Origin: Psammoneis japonica | Taxonomy: Eukaryota | Assembly (NCBI GenBank): GCA_008632985.1 | Contig: QPGO01000007.1 | Coordinates: 806,001 to 870,000 of the forward strand | Direction: 5' to 3' | Length of the DNA stretch: 64,000 bases | Shown here: piece by piece, positions 47,090-59,879 of the stretch | Layout: each line of letters starts with the position of its first letter | How positions within the stretch are numbered: position 1 is the first letter of the stretch | Program-made: the position numbers and the translations under genes | The notes under the pieces: generated by a model | Told to the model about the DNA's origin: nothing | Database searches by the model: none | Seen by the model: only the letters and a program-made list of their open reading frames with translations

Positions 47090-48954
47090 GTTGGAGAATC
47101 TGAGTTTTGAAAAAAGCGAGAAAGAAAAAGTGAGCAGAAGAACCCGGAATGAGCAAAAGCACCGGGAGATTACGCTGATAGAAATTATTAACGACTCGTT
47201 TCCGATCTTTGGCTCTCTATCTGACACCAGTACGATCATTTGACTTCGTTACGACAATTGCATCAAAAGATATTCGCTTGCGCTTGTTTCGCCATGGTCA
47301 ACGTACCAAAACACTTGCTTTCGAACGACGGAATGATGTGCGACACTGAGCTTGTCGAGGTTGTTACGTACTTCTTCAGTACTTTTTGTAGCATGTAGAA
47401 GTAGTACCTATACGAAGTAGAAAATCTCCAGTATTGCGGTAAGTTGAACGGAATCTGGAGTCTTAGAAGTGAGAGTTTCTCTATTATTTTTAAAAATATT
47501 GCGGTGAACGGGCAGACGAAAGCCCGTAGAAGAACTTACTAACTAACTCGAACCTCGAACGAAATCTCGATGTGGTTTTGAGTTTTGATCGTCGTCATAG
47601 TCGATCACAAAAAACTTGCTGGTAAGTACACCATGGTGATGATTCGCTGCTCTGACATTGTTGCTGTTGTTTGTAAAGCACAATGCCATCACCGCAGCAC
47701 TTCAAGAAACCAGCACATCATGACGAGGTGGGGTTGTCTTCTTCATGTGGTGAGCGGCGGTGTTTGTTTTGAGTTGCTGAATGGGTTTGCAAGTGGACTT
47801 TGGCACAGCCCACACAAAGCAATGTCACTCACCATGTCATTGCTTTTTCTGTTTTTCTCCTCCTTCTCACACTCATCACATGCATGGCCTCCTCTTTGTT
47901 GGCATGACACGTCAAAACAAACAACAGCGCACCCCCAGAAGCAACAAGAACAAACCGCTTTGCTGTGCAGCATTGTCATTGCAGCAAGTCCCAACATCAT
48001 GGTTCCTGTTGTTGCACTGTTCAGTGCTGTTGCATTGACACCCAAGTTGCGCCCTTCCTCCTTTCTCAGGTGCCTCTGCCGTTCCTCTGGCGGCCACTCT
48101 GAAAATGGAAAAGTGACACAAGGTGTTCACTTGGGTCAAACTCTGCCTGGGACTGGCCTGTCAGTGCCAATGATTTGCTCAATGCAAACACCACAATCAC
48201 TGTCTTGCAGTTTTGAGGTCTGGATCCCCGCTTGCACAAAGCAGTCATTGTCATGGCTTGTGAGAACTTGCTCTCCAAGCACAAAGGAAGCACTCCATTT
48301 TTTGGGGCTGCTCGACCTTCCAATGAACTCAAACTGGCATGTCCAGAAGTTGGCATGCAACCCACTGCACTGTGACTGGAAATGTCGCCAATGACACCAT
48401 TGTGGCATCCCCCCTGGAGCAGATCTGTGTGGCCTTTTCCACTTTGACCACCATCCAGCAGCATTGCTGCCAGTCCCGAACCAGTCCCAAGCCAGTTTGT
48501 TCAACGAGTCCTCGGGCAGTTGTGACCTCAGCACCCGCCTGCACAGCGTTGAGACCAACATCGAAGGTCTCCATCAGTCCCTGGACACATCTGATTGCAA
48601 CAGCAAAACAATGCGGACCAGCAATAGAGAGATGATGTAACAACATCTAGGACAGCATTATAGCGTGTGCTAGTAGATCAGAGAGAATGTGAGAAGAGTG
48701 CTTCCCTCGTGACGACTGTTCTCCAAATTGTTGACGCTTCCAGCAGGGATCACATCTTATGAAATGAGGTGAATTCACTGGGTGATCATGATCCGCCAAG
48801 CGAGATGGACCCTTCTTGCTATGAGGTTGTACGCACAAATGAGACACTGGGCTAGTTGGACGCAATCGAAACAAATGCTGGTCCAAGATCTAGAGCAGTT
48901 CTATGAACAAATGAGGCACTGGGCTAGTTGAACGCATCGAAATACTACAGGTTG

Positions 48955-49932
48955 TCACATAGGCTCAATTTTCTGCTCCTCCACACCAGCGACCACTTCA
49001 TCGTCTTCCTTTTCTACCCAAATAGGCTGCGATCTCTGGTAGTCATCAAACTCCAACTCTGGTTGTGATTCAAATCCCTTGTGAGGAAGTTTCCTTCTGG
49101 GTTGCTTCCTTGCAGCTTCACGACGTTGTTCGCGATTCATTGTAGTCGTGTCCAGTTCCGGTTCTTCCTCTGGATACTCGGATTCAAAGTCGCCATCGTA
49201 TTCGTCGTCATCGCCATCGTCTATACCAAACAGCTCCTCGTCGCTTAGGTCGTCGCCTTCTAATTCACGAACGACAAAATCGTCTCTATCGGTTGCTTCA
49301 CTCAGTCCCTCTTGAATTACAGCTTCTTGTTCGTCTCGAGCAGCCTTGCTCTTTTTGACGTAGACTTCGTTTTCCTTTGGCTTCCGTTTCCCCTGATGGA
49401 ACTGTAACCTTCGCCCCATAAGCTGTTGATTGGAGGTATTGCAAACCTCCATGGCCGAGGTGGCATGAATAGGACTCTGAAACATGATGAATCCATAGCC
49501 CTTGCTGTTTCCCGTTTTCCAATCACGAATTATCTTAATAGAGCAAATCGTTTGATCATGTCCCAGACGCTGCACAAGAAACCTCTTTAAATCCTCCTCG
49601 TTTGCTTTGTATGGTAAATTGCCACAAAATACCTTGCAGGGATCCACAAAGCGTTTCGTTCCCGGTCGTCCTGCATTGGAGATTCGTTCCGCATTGACTT
49701 GTGCCAATTTCCCATCCCCTCTATTGGAACGGCTTCTTCTCGATACCTTCATTGAAATTTGATTATTATTTGATGGAGCAGCAGGCGAACTTCTTGGCGC
49801 TGTTCTTGTTGATGCTGTCGAAAATATTCTGTGATTGGCTGTCGGAACGACAAAGGAATAAGCCCGTGAAAAAGTCACAGCAAACGTGGATACCAAGTAC
49901 CACAGGATTATAGACTTTTTGATAGACGTCAT
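48955..49932 (-). CDS. RRM-domain RNA-binding protein, probably plastid-targeted
   Basis: Signal peptide plus 'AYS-FVV' cleavage motif and Ser/Thr/Arg-rich transit peptide. RNP2 'VFCGNL', RNP1 'KGYGFIMF'. Acidic C-terminus. Confidence 0.88.
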   Translation of the reverse strand: MTSIKKSIILWYLVSTFAVTFSRAYSFVVPTANHRIFSTASTRTAPRSSPAAPSNNNQISMKVSRRSRSNRGDGKLAQVNAERISNAGRPGTKRFVDPCKVFCGNLPYKANEEDLKRFLVQRLGHDQTICSIKIIRDWKTGNSKGYGFIMFQSPIHATSAMEVCNTSNQQLMGRRLQFHQGKRKPKENEVYVKKSKAARDEQEAVIQEGLSEATDRDDFVVRELEGDDLSDEELFGIDDGDDDEYDGDFESEYPEEEPELDTTTMNREQRREAARKQPRRKLPHKGFESQPELEFDDYQRSQPIWVEKEDDEVVAGVEEQKIEPM

Positions 49933-50448
49933 GGTGAGCGAATAAGGTCGGAGTAGTTACAGTAAGTCGCCGACAGTAGTAGCTCGTCAACAATCGACAA
50001 CGCAAGAACAAAGAACAAAAGGCGAACGAAAATGGGCCAAAAAAGCGGTGGTGTCGAAATCGCGTCTTGCTGTCGCTCCCAATGTTGTTACCTGTTTACC
50101 GCTTACTGGATTCCTACGAACGATTTGTACCACATTCTACACAGCAAGCCTATCTCGCAAAGTGCCGCCCACCGACGGACCTCGCCTCCTCATCGTCGCT
50201 TTGCATCACGTGTGATTTAGTTTACATCGTTGAGATCGGTAAGGCCATGGCGTTATGTTTTATACCAAGTAGCCGATACCAACACGCTGATTGAATGTGT
50301 CGGTATGACGAAAGAGCGATCCTCGCTCGAAAAGATTTGCTGAAATCATGGTCGTGGTCTGGTGGTCTGTCTGTCCCTCTTTGATAACAACATACTTCTT
50401 TCTCACATTTTGAACTTGTTCCATTCTCTTTCTGATAAGACTGTCACA

Positions 50449-50865
50449 ATGAAATACTCTTCATCTGTCTCTTCATCTCGCCGCAAGAGCCGCAAGGCTC
50501 ATTTCTCGGCTCACTCGGAGGCTCGCCGCAAGCTCATGTCTGCAAACCTTTCCAAGGAGCTTCAGGCACGTCACGGAGTCCGCAGCATGCCGATTCGCAA
50601 GGACGATGAGGTTCTGATTACACGTGGTGTATACAAGACTCGTGAAGGCAAGGTCACGGCTGTGTACAGGAAAAAGTGGGTTGTTCATGTCGACCGAATT
50701 TCCAGAGAAAAGGCAAACGGGGCGACTGTTGATGTGGGTATCCCGGCGTCGTCCTTGACCATTACGAAACTCAAAATGGATAAGGACCGTAAGGCAGCTT
50801 TGGAGCGCAAGAGCAAAAGCAGCACCAGTAAGACCGAGGATGCCACTATGAGCAATGTGGATTAA
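50449..50865 (+). CDS. RPL26: 60S ribosomal protein L26 (uL24)
   Basis: '[54 protein letters not shown]'. Confidence 0.97.
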   Translation: MKYSSSVSSSRRKSRKAHFSAHSEARRKLMSANLSKELQARHGVRSMPIRKDDEVLITRGVYKTREGKVTAVYRKKWVVHVDRISREKANGATVDVGIPASSLTITKLKMDKDRKAALERKSKSSTSKTEDATMSNVD

Positions 50866-51679
50866 ACTATATAGTTATACTAAGTAAAAACTAATGCTCC
50901 ATTCAGAAACACTTCAAACCATGGTATCTGGCATTCTCAGATTCCGCAGCCGTATTGTTCAGTAGTTTGGTCATGAAACTGGTTCTTAACGACTTGAGTG
51001 TCATCCGCTGCTGTTCTGAGAATGCTTGGTCAAAAGCTAGTGCTCCCGAATCACAACAGTTCAAACAACCATGTCTGACTGTCTGACCTACCGGTACCAA
51101 CTGTACATGAGTTTTGTAAAAAGCGAATGACTCTGCCAAAAAAGCTAGTAGCTATGTTTTCTGCTTTGCCTTACTTGCATTGCGCTAAAATAGCTTTGCT
51201 TGCTTGCTTTGCTTGGCTCTCCGCTTTTTTCCTGATGAAACGCGAAATAAATCTAGGGCCCTACTAGCCTCTAGGCCTGATAAGGTAAGTCCCTGGCGCA
51301 GCAAAAGAGAATCTCCTTTTCCTTGCTGTGAGACAAGAAAAACGGAGATACAACCTGAATTTATGGCTTACTTCAACCGCAGCTCTAGTCTAGAGAATGC
51401 AACAGATTTTGAGCCGAGTCTTAGAAACCGTAGAGTACTCAGAGTCACGCTCTCTAGGTCTAACTCTTCAGTAAAGATGCGTCATCCTGGGACTGGTCAA
51501 CTTAACGAGCACACTCAGCACCAAACGTTTCCTCTAGAGTAGAATCTACTTATCTCGACGAATGTAACTTTTTTTAAAGAGCCTGCATAGGATTAGAGGT
51601 TTTACTACCATAGCACATGTTGCACACTCTCCGATGTTTTTGCAAGAAAGATATTTTGTGTTCAAACGCCTTTTGGTAT

Positions 51680-53656
51680 TTAGACCGGAAGTCCACCCCG
51701 ACGAGGGCCAAGAACGTTGTCAGCCTCCGCCATTTCGCCAAGGCCCAAAATGTTTTGGCACTTGAGGTCGGCAAAGCACTGTTCAAGTCGCGCGACGGTG
51801 TTCGCCTCGCCAGCCCGCAAGCACTCACGCGGCTATGTCGAACAAACAAGACGAGTACAAAAGCACATTACGAGTGAGAATGCTGTACAGACAGAACAGC
51901 ACGAGGCCGATTGCAGCAGGTTCAACTTACATCGTAATACTTCTTGTTGGGCTTGTCCTCTGATGTTTCACAGGCAAAGAGAAGCACAGCGTTTTAGTGA
52001 CGTAGCATTCTCAGACAGACAGTTCATGCCGTCAATACTCACCTCCTTCTGGGTTTCCGATTTGCTTTTGCAAGTAGTCGTGGTATTTGGACTCGAAGTT
52101 CTTGATGCCCTCCCAATAGCTCCATTGAGTGTCCGTGTCAATGTTCATCTTGATGACACCGTATCCAATGGCTTCCTGGATATCGCTGACATCTGAACCA
52201 CTACCACCATGGAACACAAACGCTACAGGCTTTTTATCCGCTGGTGCTTCGTCTCCGATCTTTTCGCTGATGTATTCCTGGGCCCGGGTCAGAATTTTTG
52301 GCTCGAGTTTGACATTTCCCGGGCTGTATACACCGTGGACGTTTCCAAACGCAGCGGCAACTGTGTACATTGGAGAAATCGGTTGAAGGGCCTTGTACAC
52401 CTCATAAATTTCCTCTGGCTTCGAATAAAGATCCTCAAGAGGGGTGTCAGTGTTGTCGACGCCGTCCTCTTCACCGCCGGTGATGCCAAGTTCCATCTCC
52501 AAAAGCAGACCGATTTTCGACATGCGTGCAAGATAATCCTTACAGATTTCAATATTCTCTTCGATTGGTTCTTCCGACAAGTCAATCATGTGGGACGAGA
52601 AAAGGGGCTCACCGTGATCCTTGTAATAACGCTCAGATGCCGCAATGAGTCCATCCACCCACGGCAGAAGCTTCTTTGCACAATGATCAGTGTGAAGAAT
52701 TACAGGAACACCGTACTGCTCTGCCATCGTTCGTACATGGAAAGCGCCCGAGACTGCTCCGGCAATGGCTGCTCTGTAATCTTTGTTGTCGAGGCCTTTA
52801 CCACCATAGAACTGCCACAACACAAACCAACAATTCAGCCAGAGTAATCACGACGACACAGTGGCTTTCCGTCATTCAAAAACTTACCTGGGAACCACCT
52901 GAAGAAAACTGAATAATAATTGGGGCATCGTTCTTACGAGCCGCCTCCAAACAAGCATTAATTCCGGAGGAGGAGACACAGTTGACAGCTGGAATGGCAT
53001 ATCCTAACGAAACAGGCGCGAAGAGGAAATCGGGTGAGATTTTTTCTTCTTGCCAGATTGTGACGAAAAAAGCCTCATGACATTTTCATACAAAACTCGA
53101 TAGTGTCGAAAATTTTAGCCAGAGTACGTCAAACACCACGTCACTAAATTTGCGAGGTCGATCATAGCGATCGAAAAAAGCCTTCTCGACCATGAGATTT
53201 TCAGAGCAACGCGAAGGAATGAAGAAAAGGCAACGCTTCATAATTCCTAAACCTTTCATGTCTAGGACTCCTATGAAGCTGAACTCATTTTCTTCGCTAT
53301 GTCGGCTCAAACATGATGAAGCATCACGCTTTTCAATGCAGCATCGCGGAGGCACCTTGAAAAGCAACTGTACACGAAATTGATCCCTCTTCCGAGATAA
53401 ATTCTTATGACTTACCATTCTCCTTTGCATGTTTCAATAAATCAAGTTGAGCCTGTCCAGTCAAAACACCTGGGTGCACACTCGCCGGCATGTTGGGGTA
53501 TCCGTCAAGAGCACATTCGTCGGTACAGGGAAGGCCCAATTCTTCGGACATGGCGTCGAAGAGCGCAGTACTTTTGCCGGCATATCCTGCAGGTGATACA
53601 AAGCCACCAACAGAAGACACCAAAGAGAGCGCCGAAAGCGCAAGAGCTAACTTCAT
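51680..53656 (-). CDS. FBA: Plastid-targeted class II fructose-1,6-bisphosphate aldolase; exons 53656-53416, 53003-52888, 52811-52043, 51959-51931, 51832-51680
   Basis: Bipartite presequence (MKLALALSALSLVSSVGG-F). Motifs 'YAIPAVN', 'ILHTDHC', 'FGNVHGVY', 'VFHGGSGS', 'KMNIDTD', 'PNKKYYD|PR'. Four GT-AG introns keep the frame. Confidence 0.95.
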
Positions 53657-54749
53657 GATGTCCGTCGTTTTTTTTTGAATCCGATTTGGTGAAGAGATGT
53701 GAAGAAGAGAAGGGCTTCACACCGCACCGCCGATTGAAGTACGTACTGTACGTAGAATTCTACGATGGTCCTCCTACGTATCCGACGAGGCGATGCTTCG
53801 TGCGTGTCAAGCTTGCTTCTGTCGCGTGCACTGGAGGAGTCGCGCAGCCCGAGACGGAAACATGATGCCATATGGTAGCAAAGATACATGCTACCACTTG
53901 AAGAGTTCCTAGCAGGTCCCTACCCTTGATCTTTGTTCTGTCTCAGGTTCACTATTCACGACATTACAAGGATTGTGGCTCTACAAGAGAAACTGAAATT
54001 CGCTCATGAATGTCAGTGGATCTTGCCGTAAAAACGAAAGAAGATCTCTTGCATCTGCGAACTGTTTTGCGTTGGTTGAGTGATGCCGAAGTTGCTGCGA
54101 ACGAGCTCGTAATGTTCAAATTGACATTCTCTCATTTTCTTGTCAATCTCGCCCAAGTGCCCTTTCAGATTTCAAAAGATATATAGGAAAACCAAAGCGC
54201 TATACTGTGTTGTGCAAATGAAAGAATGACATGAATAAAGATGGATATGGTCGGCTGGTAAAGATCGCACCCAGTACTCATGAAGTTGATACACATGATG
54301 TGGACATGAGACTATGGATAGTAGTGCGTTGATTGAGGATAGGGTATGGATCTGGTTCGACATGGCTGATGGGTGTCGGGTCGATCGACGGACCATGGTA
54401 TCTTTCTAAGAGGTATTGATTATTCATGTACGAATAAATACCAATGTCGGAAACAAATTTTCAAACTTCAGTAGGCGTACGTACGTCACTACCAGAAAAA
54501 ACTCCCTCCGACACTGGCCTGAAATTGCACAACCCAACACCACGTCTCTTTTCACGGTGCGTACAACGTCAGTGCATATTCGTATTGTGACGTTTGCAAT
54601 CTTCGCCTCATATCCTGTTACGTAGCACTAAAACCGCCATCACAAGAGACGGAGGCGCTGTGAGAAGCAAGGCGAAAGGGAGGCAAGCTTTCTTACTTTT
54701 TCTCGGCACTTGTGAGACAGTAGCAACAGCAACAACATCATCCACCAAG

Positions 54750-56629
54750 ATGCAGTCTCAGAATCCCGGACACGGCCCCGAACTTCGCGGTTCCAACATT
54801 ACCCTCGGAACGATCACCAAGCCCACCGAGGAAGACAATCGTCAAACGAAAATTGTCTGTACATTGGGCCCCGCCTGTTGGGATGTGGATCAGTTGGAGG
54901 AGCTTATCGATGCCGGAATGAGCGTTGCTCGTTTCAACTTCTCGCACGGCGATCACGACGGACACAAGGCATGTCTAGACCGTTTGAGGGAGGCTGCTAA
55001 GAACAAGAATAAGCATGTCGGTACGTTTTTTGCCGACAAATAGTGGTCTTTGTCTCGTCACGTCAGCTTTCGGTGTGCGCGCGTAGCATAGTACTATGAT
55101 TCTACCCGAGCGAATCTTTTTCTTCGAGAAAAGCTATCTTGTTCCACAACTGCTTATGATGCTCACTATTCTCACTCAACCTCTATTTTCTTCGCATTAC
55201 CATAGCTGTCTTGTTGGATACGAAGGGACCAGAAATCAGGTCTGGTTTCTTTGCAGACGGCGCTAAGAAAATTGATCTCGTCAAGGGCGAGACAATTGTG
55301 TTGACTTCTGACTACACCTTTCGGGGGAACAACAAAAAGCTCGCCTGCTCCTATGCTTCTCTAGCTACATCTGTAGCTCCTGGGCAGAGCATTTTGGTTG
55401 CTGATGGCTCGTTGGTATTGTTGGTGGTCTCGACTGATGTTGATAATGGCGAGGTGACATGCCGCATTGAGAACAACGCGTCGATCGGCGAGCGGAAGAA
55501 CATGAATCTCCCCGGTGTCGTTGTGGACCTTCCCACGCTTACCGAAAAGGATATTCGGGATATTCAGGAGTGGGGTATCAAGAATGAAGCCGATTTCGTT
55601 GCTGCAAGTAAGTTTTATTTTGCGTCGTATTAGTTACTGAGAGCTATCATGGGTATCTCACAGCCCAAATTGTTTTTCACCAAAATTTTAGGTTTTGTTC
55701 GCAAGGCGTCCGATATTAAGACGATCCGTGAGGTTCTTGGCGAAGAAGGCAAACACATTCAGATAATTGCAAAAATCGAGAACCTTGAAGGTTTGGAAAA
55801 CTATAACGCGATCTTGGCCGCGACCGACGGAATCATGGTTGCCCGTGGTGATTTGGGTAGGTTATTCAACAAGTGCTTCGAGAGCATCTGCCAAGTCATA
55901 ACTACGTTTCAACTGATCTTGTACTGTTTGTCCTACTTCTCGTTTAGGTATGGAAATCCCTCCCGAGAAGGTCTTTCTGGCCCAGAAAATGATGATTCGT
56001 GAGGCCAACATCGCTGGTCCGCGACGCAAATGCTCGAGTCCATGATCTCCAACCCCCGTCCGACTCGTGCCGAGTGTTCCGATGTCGCCAACGCTGTGCT
56101 GGATGGAACCGACTGTGTCATGCTTTCCGGAGAGACCGCAAACGGAGAACACCCCACCGCCGCCGTTCAGATCATGGCCTCTACTTGTTGTGAAGCAGAG
56201 TCTGCCGTCAACTTTAATTCTCTCTACCAAGCTGTCCGTAACTCAACCCTCAACAAGTATGGACACTTGAGCACGTCAGAGAGTATCGCCTCGTCTGCTG
56301 TGAAGACCGCCATTGATGTCAATGCCAAGGCGATTATTGTTTGCAGTGAATCGGGCAAAACCGCCACCCAGATTGCCAAGTTCCGCCCCGGACGTCCTGT
56401 CATGGTTTTGACCACGTCCCCGACCGCAGCACGGCAGTGCTATGGATGCCTCAAGGGAGTACAGAGTGCGATTTTGCCCTCTCTGGAGCACACCGACAAG
56501 GTCGTCAACAAAACCATCGAGGGATGGCTCAAGAGTGGAGTTGCCAAAGCTGGTGACCCCGTTGTCGTTGTCCACGGAACAACCGCCCGTGTTGGCGGAA
56601 CTAACGTCATGCGTATTCAATATGCCTAA
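54750..56629 (+). CDS. PK: Pyruvate kinase (no targeting peptide, likely cytosolic); exons 54750-55020, 55206-55607, 55692-55856, 55948-56629; apparent ~13-nt deletion at 56018/56019
   Basis: '[10 protein letters not shown]', 'ARFNFSHG', 'LDTKGPEIR', 'IIAKIEN', '[13 protein letters not shown]', '[15 protein letters not shown]'. The frame breaks within the GKPVxT motif. Confidence 0.93.
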
Positions 56630-57628
56630 GATGTTTGAGTAACAAAGCACTATATCTTTCAAAAGCTAGTCGATCATTTGCCAAGTCTAGACAAAAACTT
56701 GAAATGTTATGTCTCAGATCTCCGGATGGACGGAGCGGGAAGTTTTCCGTATAGTTACAGTACCTTTATTCTTACGAATAAATAGCTCCACTCGACTCTG
56801 ACACTCGTTGTCAAAACTCAATGAATCTCGTACATTGAAACAAACTTTCAGGGTACAGCGTGCAGATCCAAGGCTTTTCCATCGCGAGTAGGATGACAAC
56901 TGTATAGTAGGATAATGACGTACGGGCGGTTGCCACCGCTTTGCTCATGCGTGCTTCGTATCGGGGATGGACGAGCGCGCTCCTGGAGTGAAACGGTGGG
57001 TTCAAACCACTGGTCGCGCGCTCTCTTCTAAAGTGATGTAAATCTCATGGAATGCATTGTGTGCTTGGAGTGGAGATGGCTTTACTAGCGCTGTGAAAGG
57101 TTTTCTCCCTACCCAAAGCTGGACGGTGGGGCCAGAGGGCGGGAGAGGTGGGAGCGATTAAACTGTGCTGACGACCGTGGCTTGTCTTTGTCGATCTTGA
57201 AAGAATGAGACAGACCGGTGACCGAAGAAAAACAACAACCAACCCTTACAGCACGTTCAACGTGCGTACGTGGTTCAACAGGTAATGGGTCTTCTCCCCG
57301 ATTCTGGCACTGGATGAGGACAGCGGTTGCCACCGCTTTGCTCATGCGTGCTTCGCATCGGGGATGGACGAGCGCGCTCCTGGAGTGAAACGGTGGGTTC
57401 AAACCACTGGTCGCGCGCTCTCTTCTAAAGTGATGTAAATCTCATGGAATGCATTGTGTGCTTGGAGTGGAGATGGCTTTGCCAGCGCTGTGAAAGGTTT
57501 TCTCCCTGCCCAAAGCTGGACGGCAGGGCTTCCAGCGCCACCCACTGATGTGCAGGCGGTGCAGCAGCTGGCCAAACATGTCTTGGGATTGGGCGGGTGG
57601 GCCCGTCTGGAGGGCTGGTGGAGCACTG

Positions 57629-58708
57629 TCATGGGGCGATGGGCACTTCAGCATTCGGGTGAAGCACAAAATTGCCCCCAGCGAGCATGGCTTGCGCAAA
57701 TCCGCGCATGGTGGGCTCGGCTTGGAGGTGCAGATGGCGCAGCATCTCGTCAGAGCGCCAACGGCCTAAGAGACGGATTGGGTCGGTGTCGACATGGGCA
57801 CACAGCAGTGCCGTTGTTCCTGCTGCACGAAGGCAGCGGGATGAGACATCGGCCGGTGTGAAGCCCAGGTTCTCGGGACCCAGGGCAACAATGGCGGTGC
57901 GGAGTGCCGACGTCATGTCGGCAGGGGAGACGGCGTGCCACCTGTCGTTTTCAAAATGCACCCCCAGGGGGGTGTCGGGTTGCGCTCCGCAGGTGCGCAA
58001 GTGGACAACTCGGCGGACGAGGGCCCTGGTTGGGCAAAGGTCTGGGTGGCCTGACAGGCCGTGCGCAATGACTTCACCGCGCACTCCATTTTTCTGGGCA
58101 GCAAAAGTGAGGGAGCTGAGGGTGGTGGCGAAGAGGGCAGGGGCTGCAGTGGTGAAGAGGTTCAGATGCACTCCGCCCGAGGCCAAACGAAGGTCTGCCA
58201 GGCAAAACGGAGTGGTGTCAGATGGTGTGGCTGTGCACTCACCCGGGCAAAGCAAAAAGAAAAAGGCGATTGCGATCATGTCCGCAATGGCCCGGGTGCC
58301 GGCGCTGTTGCCAAGGGCGGCGGCGTGCAAGATCCAGAGGAGGATGCTGATGGGGACTGGTTTGACACGATCGGGCGGCGGATCCTGTTTCTTGTAAAAA
58401 TGGATTTGGCAGGTGAGACGGAAATCCAAGCCGCCCTGGGGTGTGAGATGTGGGTCCGCGGACCCCATTGCAGCGAACATCTGCCCAACCGACCGCAAGG
58501 CATCCTCAGCGGTGCGTGCCCGGACGGGATTGCCTCTTGGTGCGATGATGCCGGTGCGGAATCGATGGAGGAACACTTGGAGGAAGAGGATGGGATTGCA
58601 GGTGTCTTCGAGAAATGGACTGATGGCCAGTTGGCGGCAAAAGTCGATCCAAAGGTGCCAGTGGGTGTCGGCGGCGGAGGCTCGGGAAGTGGCAATGCCA
58701 CGCTGCAC
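57629..58708 (-). CDS. Tyrosine recombinase of the DIRS/Ngaro element, catalytically mutated
   Basis: 'IAFFFLLCPGEC' (expected LLRPGEY), 'CLRAAGTTAL', 'LGRWRSDEMLRHLH' (expected catalytic Tyr is His). Confidence 0.85.
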   Translation of the reverse strand: MQRGIATSRASAADTHWHLWIDFCRQLAISPFLEDTCNPILFLQVFLHRFRTGIIAPRGNPVRARTAEDALRSVGQMFAAMGSADPHLTPQGGLDFRLTCQIHFYKKQDPPPDRVKPVPISILLWILHAAALGNSAGTRAIADMIAIAFFFLLCPGECTATPSDTTPFCLADLRLASGGVHLNLFTTAAPALFATTLSSLTFAAQKNGVRGEVIAHGLSGHPDLCPTRALVRRVVHLRTCGAQPDTPLGVHFENDRWHAVSPADMTSALRTAIVALGPENLGFTPADVSSRCLRAAGTTALLCAHVDTDPIRLLGRWRSDEMLRHLHLQAEPTMRGFAQAMLAGGNFVLHPNAEVPIAP

Positions 58709-59784
58709 TGCTTCCTGCGCAGCGCCGAGATCACGTAAGAACGCATTTCAGGTGGCGGGGTCCACAGACGCCAAGACTTGCTCTGTGGGCAAGTGGAGTT
58801 CAAATGTGAAAGGAACGCGACGTCAGACAAGTGTTGCAAGCGCGAAGCGTCGTCACCCGCTCGGTTCCAAGTGCCCGGGTGGCAATCGTGGAGGCCCATG
58901 TAACGGTGTTGGCGTTGATGGTGCGCTTGAAGCCGGAGGAGCTTTGAAGCCGGTTTGACTGTGGCAGCCAATCCCTTGCATTGCCAGCACATGGTGCCAA
59001 GGTTGTCGGCACGGTTGAGGTTGGTGCGCTCGCGGATGTCGCACGTGTCGGCAGCTGCGCAGGTGTGGACGATGCTGCCGACCAGTTCGAGGTCGGTGTT
59101 GGTGATGGGTCCGTGTGGATTCTCGTGCGTGGCAAGCAAGTCGGAGATGTCCTTGGGAAATCGCAGGCGCCACGCAATGGGGCCTGCGTCACGTTGGATG
59201 CGACGTCGGCCAGAGGAATGGCGCAGCTTGGCGGCTCGTGGGACTGCGGTGGGTGTTGGTGCGATCACCCCGCCGGCCCCGTGGCCGGCAGCGTCGTGAC
59301 AGCCATGAACAGTTGGAGGCAGTGGTGCGAGCTCTTGGATGCGGACGGGACATGAGTCCAGAGTCTGGCGCAGATCACGGAAATCGTCCAGTGTGGAATG
59401 TACGTTGGCCACAAGTCGGATGCGTGAGTCCGGTGCAGTGTGGCGGAGGGCTTCCTGCAATTCGGAGAACAGGCCTCGAGAGCCGGGTGTGGCTGCCGCG
59501 AGTGAACGCAGTTCTCCCAGGAGTTTCTGACAATCCTGAACGGCAACGCGTTTGCGTGAGCGGGGGAAATCCTTGTGGAGTGTGTCGTGTGGTCGTGCAC
59601 GCCGGCGAGGAGCAAGTCGAAGTGTCATTGACAAGGTGTCAATTAACCAGCCTAACACTTCTTTCTGTGTAGACCATGTGGCGTCACCCTTGCGGAGCTT
59701 TTTGACTGATGCGGGTTCTTTGCGGGCGGCAACGTCGTTGGAGTCCGTGGGGCGGAAAACATCGTCGATGGCGTGCAGCAACAC
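58276..59784 (-). CDS. RT C-terminus/RNase H frame of the DIRS/Ngaro element, overlapping the YR frame
   Basis: 'KEVLGWLIDT', 'CHDAAGHGAGG', 'ITNTDLELVG', 'ADN', 'NRAGDDASRL'. Confidence 0.75.
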   Translation of the reverse strand: MLLHAIDDVFRPTDSNDVAARKEPASVKKLRKGDATWSTQKEVLGWLIDTLSMTLRLAPRRRARPHDTLHKDFPRSRKRVAVQDCQKLLGELRSLAAATPGSRGLFSELQEALRHTAPDSRIRLVANVHSTLDDFRDLRQTLDSCPVRIQELAPLPPTVHGCHDAAGHGAGGVIAPTPTAVPRAAKLRHSSGRRRIQRDAGPIAWRLRFPKDISDLLATHENPHGPITNTDLELVGSIVHTCAAADTCDIRERTNLNRADNLGTMCWQCKGLAATVKPASKLLRLQAHHQRQHRYMGLHDCHPGTWNRAGDDASRLQHLSDVAFLSHLNSTCPQSKSWRLWTPPPEMRSYVISALRRKQCSVALPLPEPPPPTPTGTFGSTFAANWPSVHFSKTPAIPSSSSKCSSIDSAPASSHQEAIPSGHAPLRMPCGRLGRCSLQWGPRTHISHPRAAWISVSPAKSIFTRNRIRRPIVSNQSPSASSSGSCTPPPLATAPAPGPLRT

Positions 59785-59879
59785 GCGATGTGTGTTTCTC
59801 CGGGCTGCGGCGGACCCCTGCGCGGCGCCGATGAAGTCATCGACGTATGTGTCAATGCAAGCGAGGCGCCGGCGGCGGC

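Noticed and set aside
46502..47110. Antisense ORFs over RPS3 (and over FBA, PK, the F-box/LON gene and YR)
   Set aside because: Shadow frames of well-supported genes on the opposite strand.
48836..48942. Short imperfect direct repeat (acaaatgag.cactgggctagttg.acgca) downstream of the RRM gene
   Set aside because: Two copies only; looks like a local duplication with no evident function.
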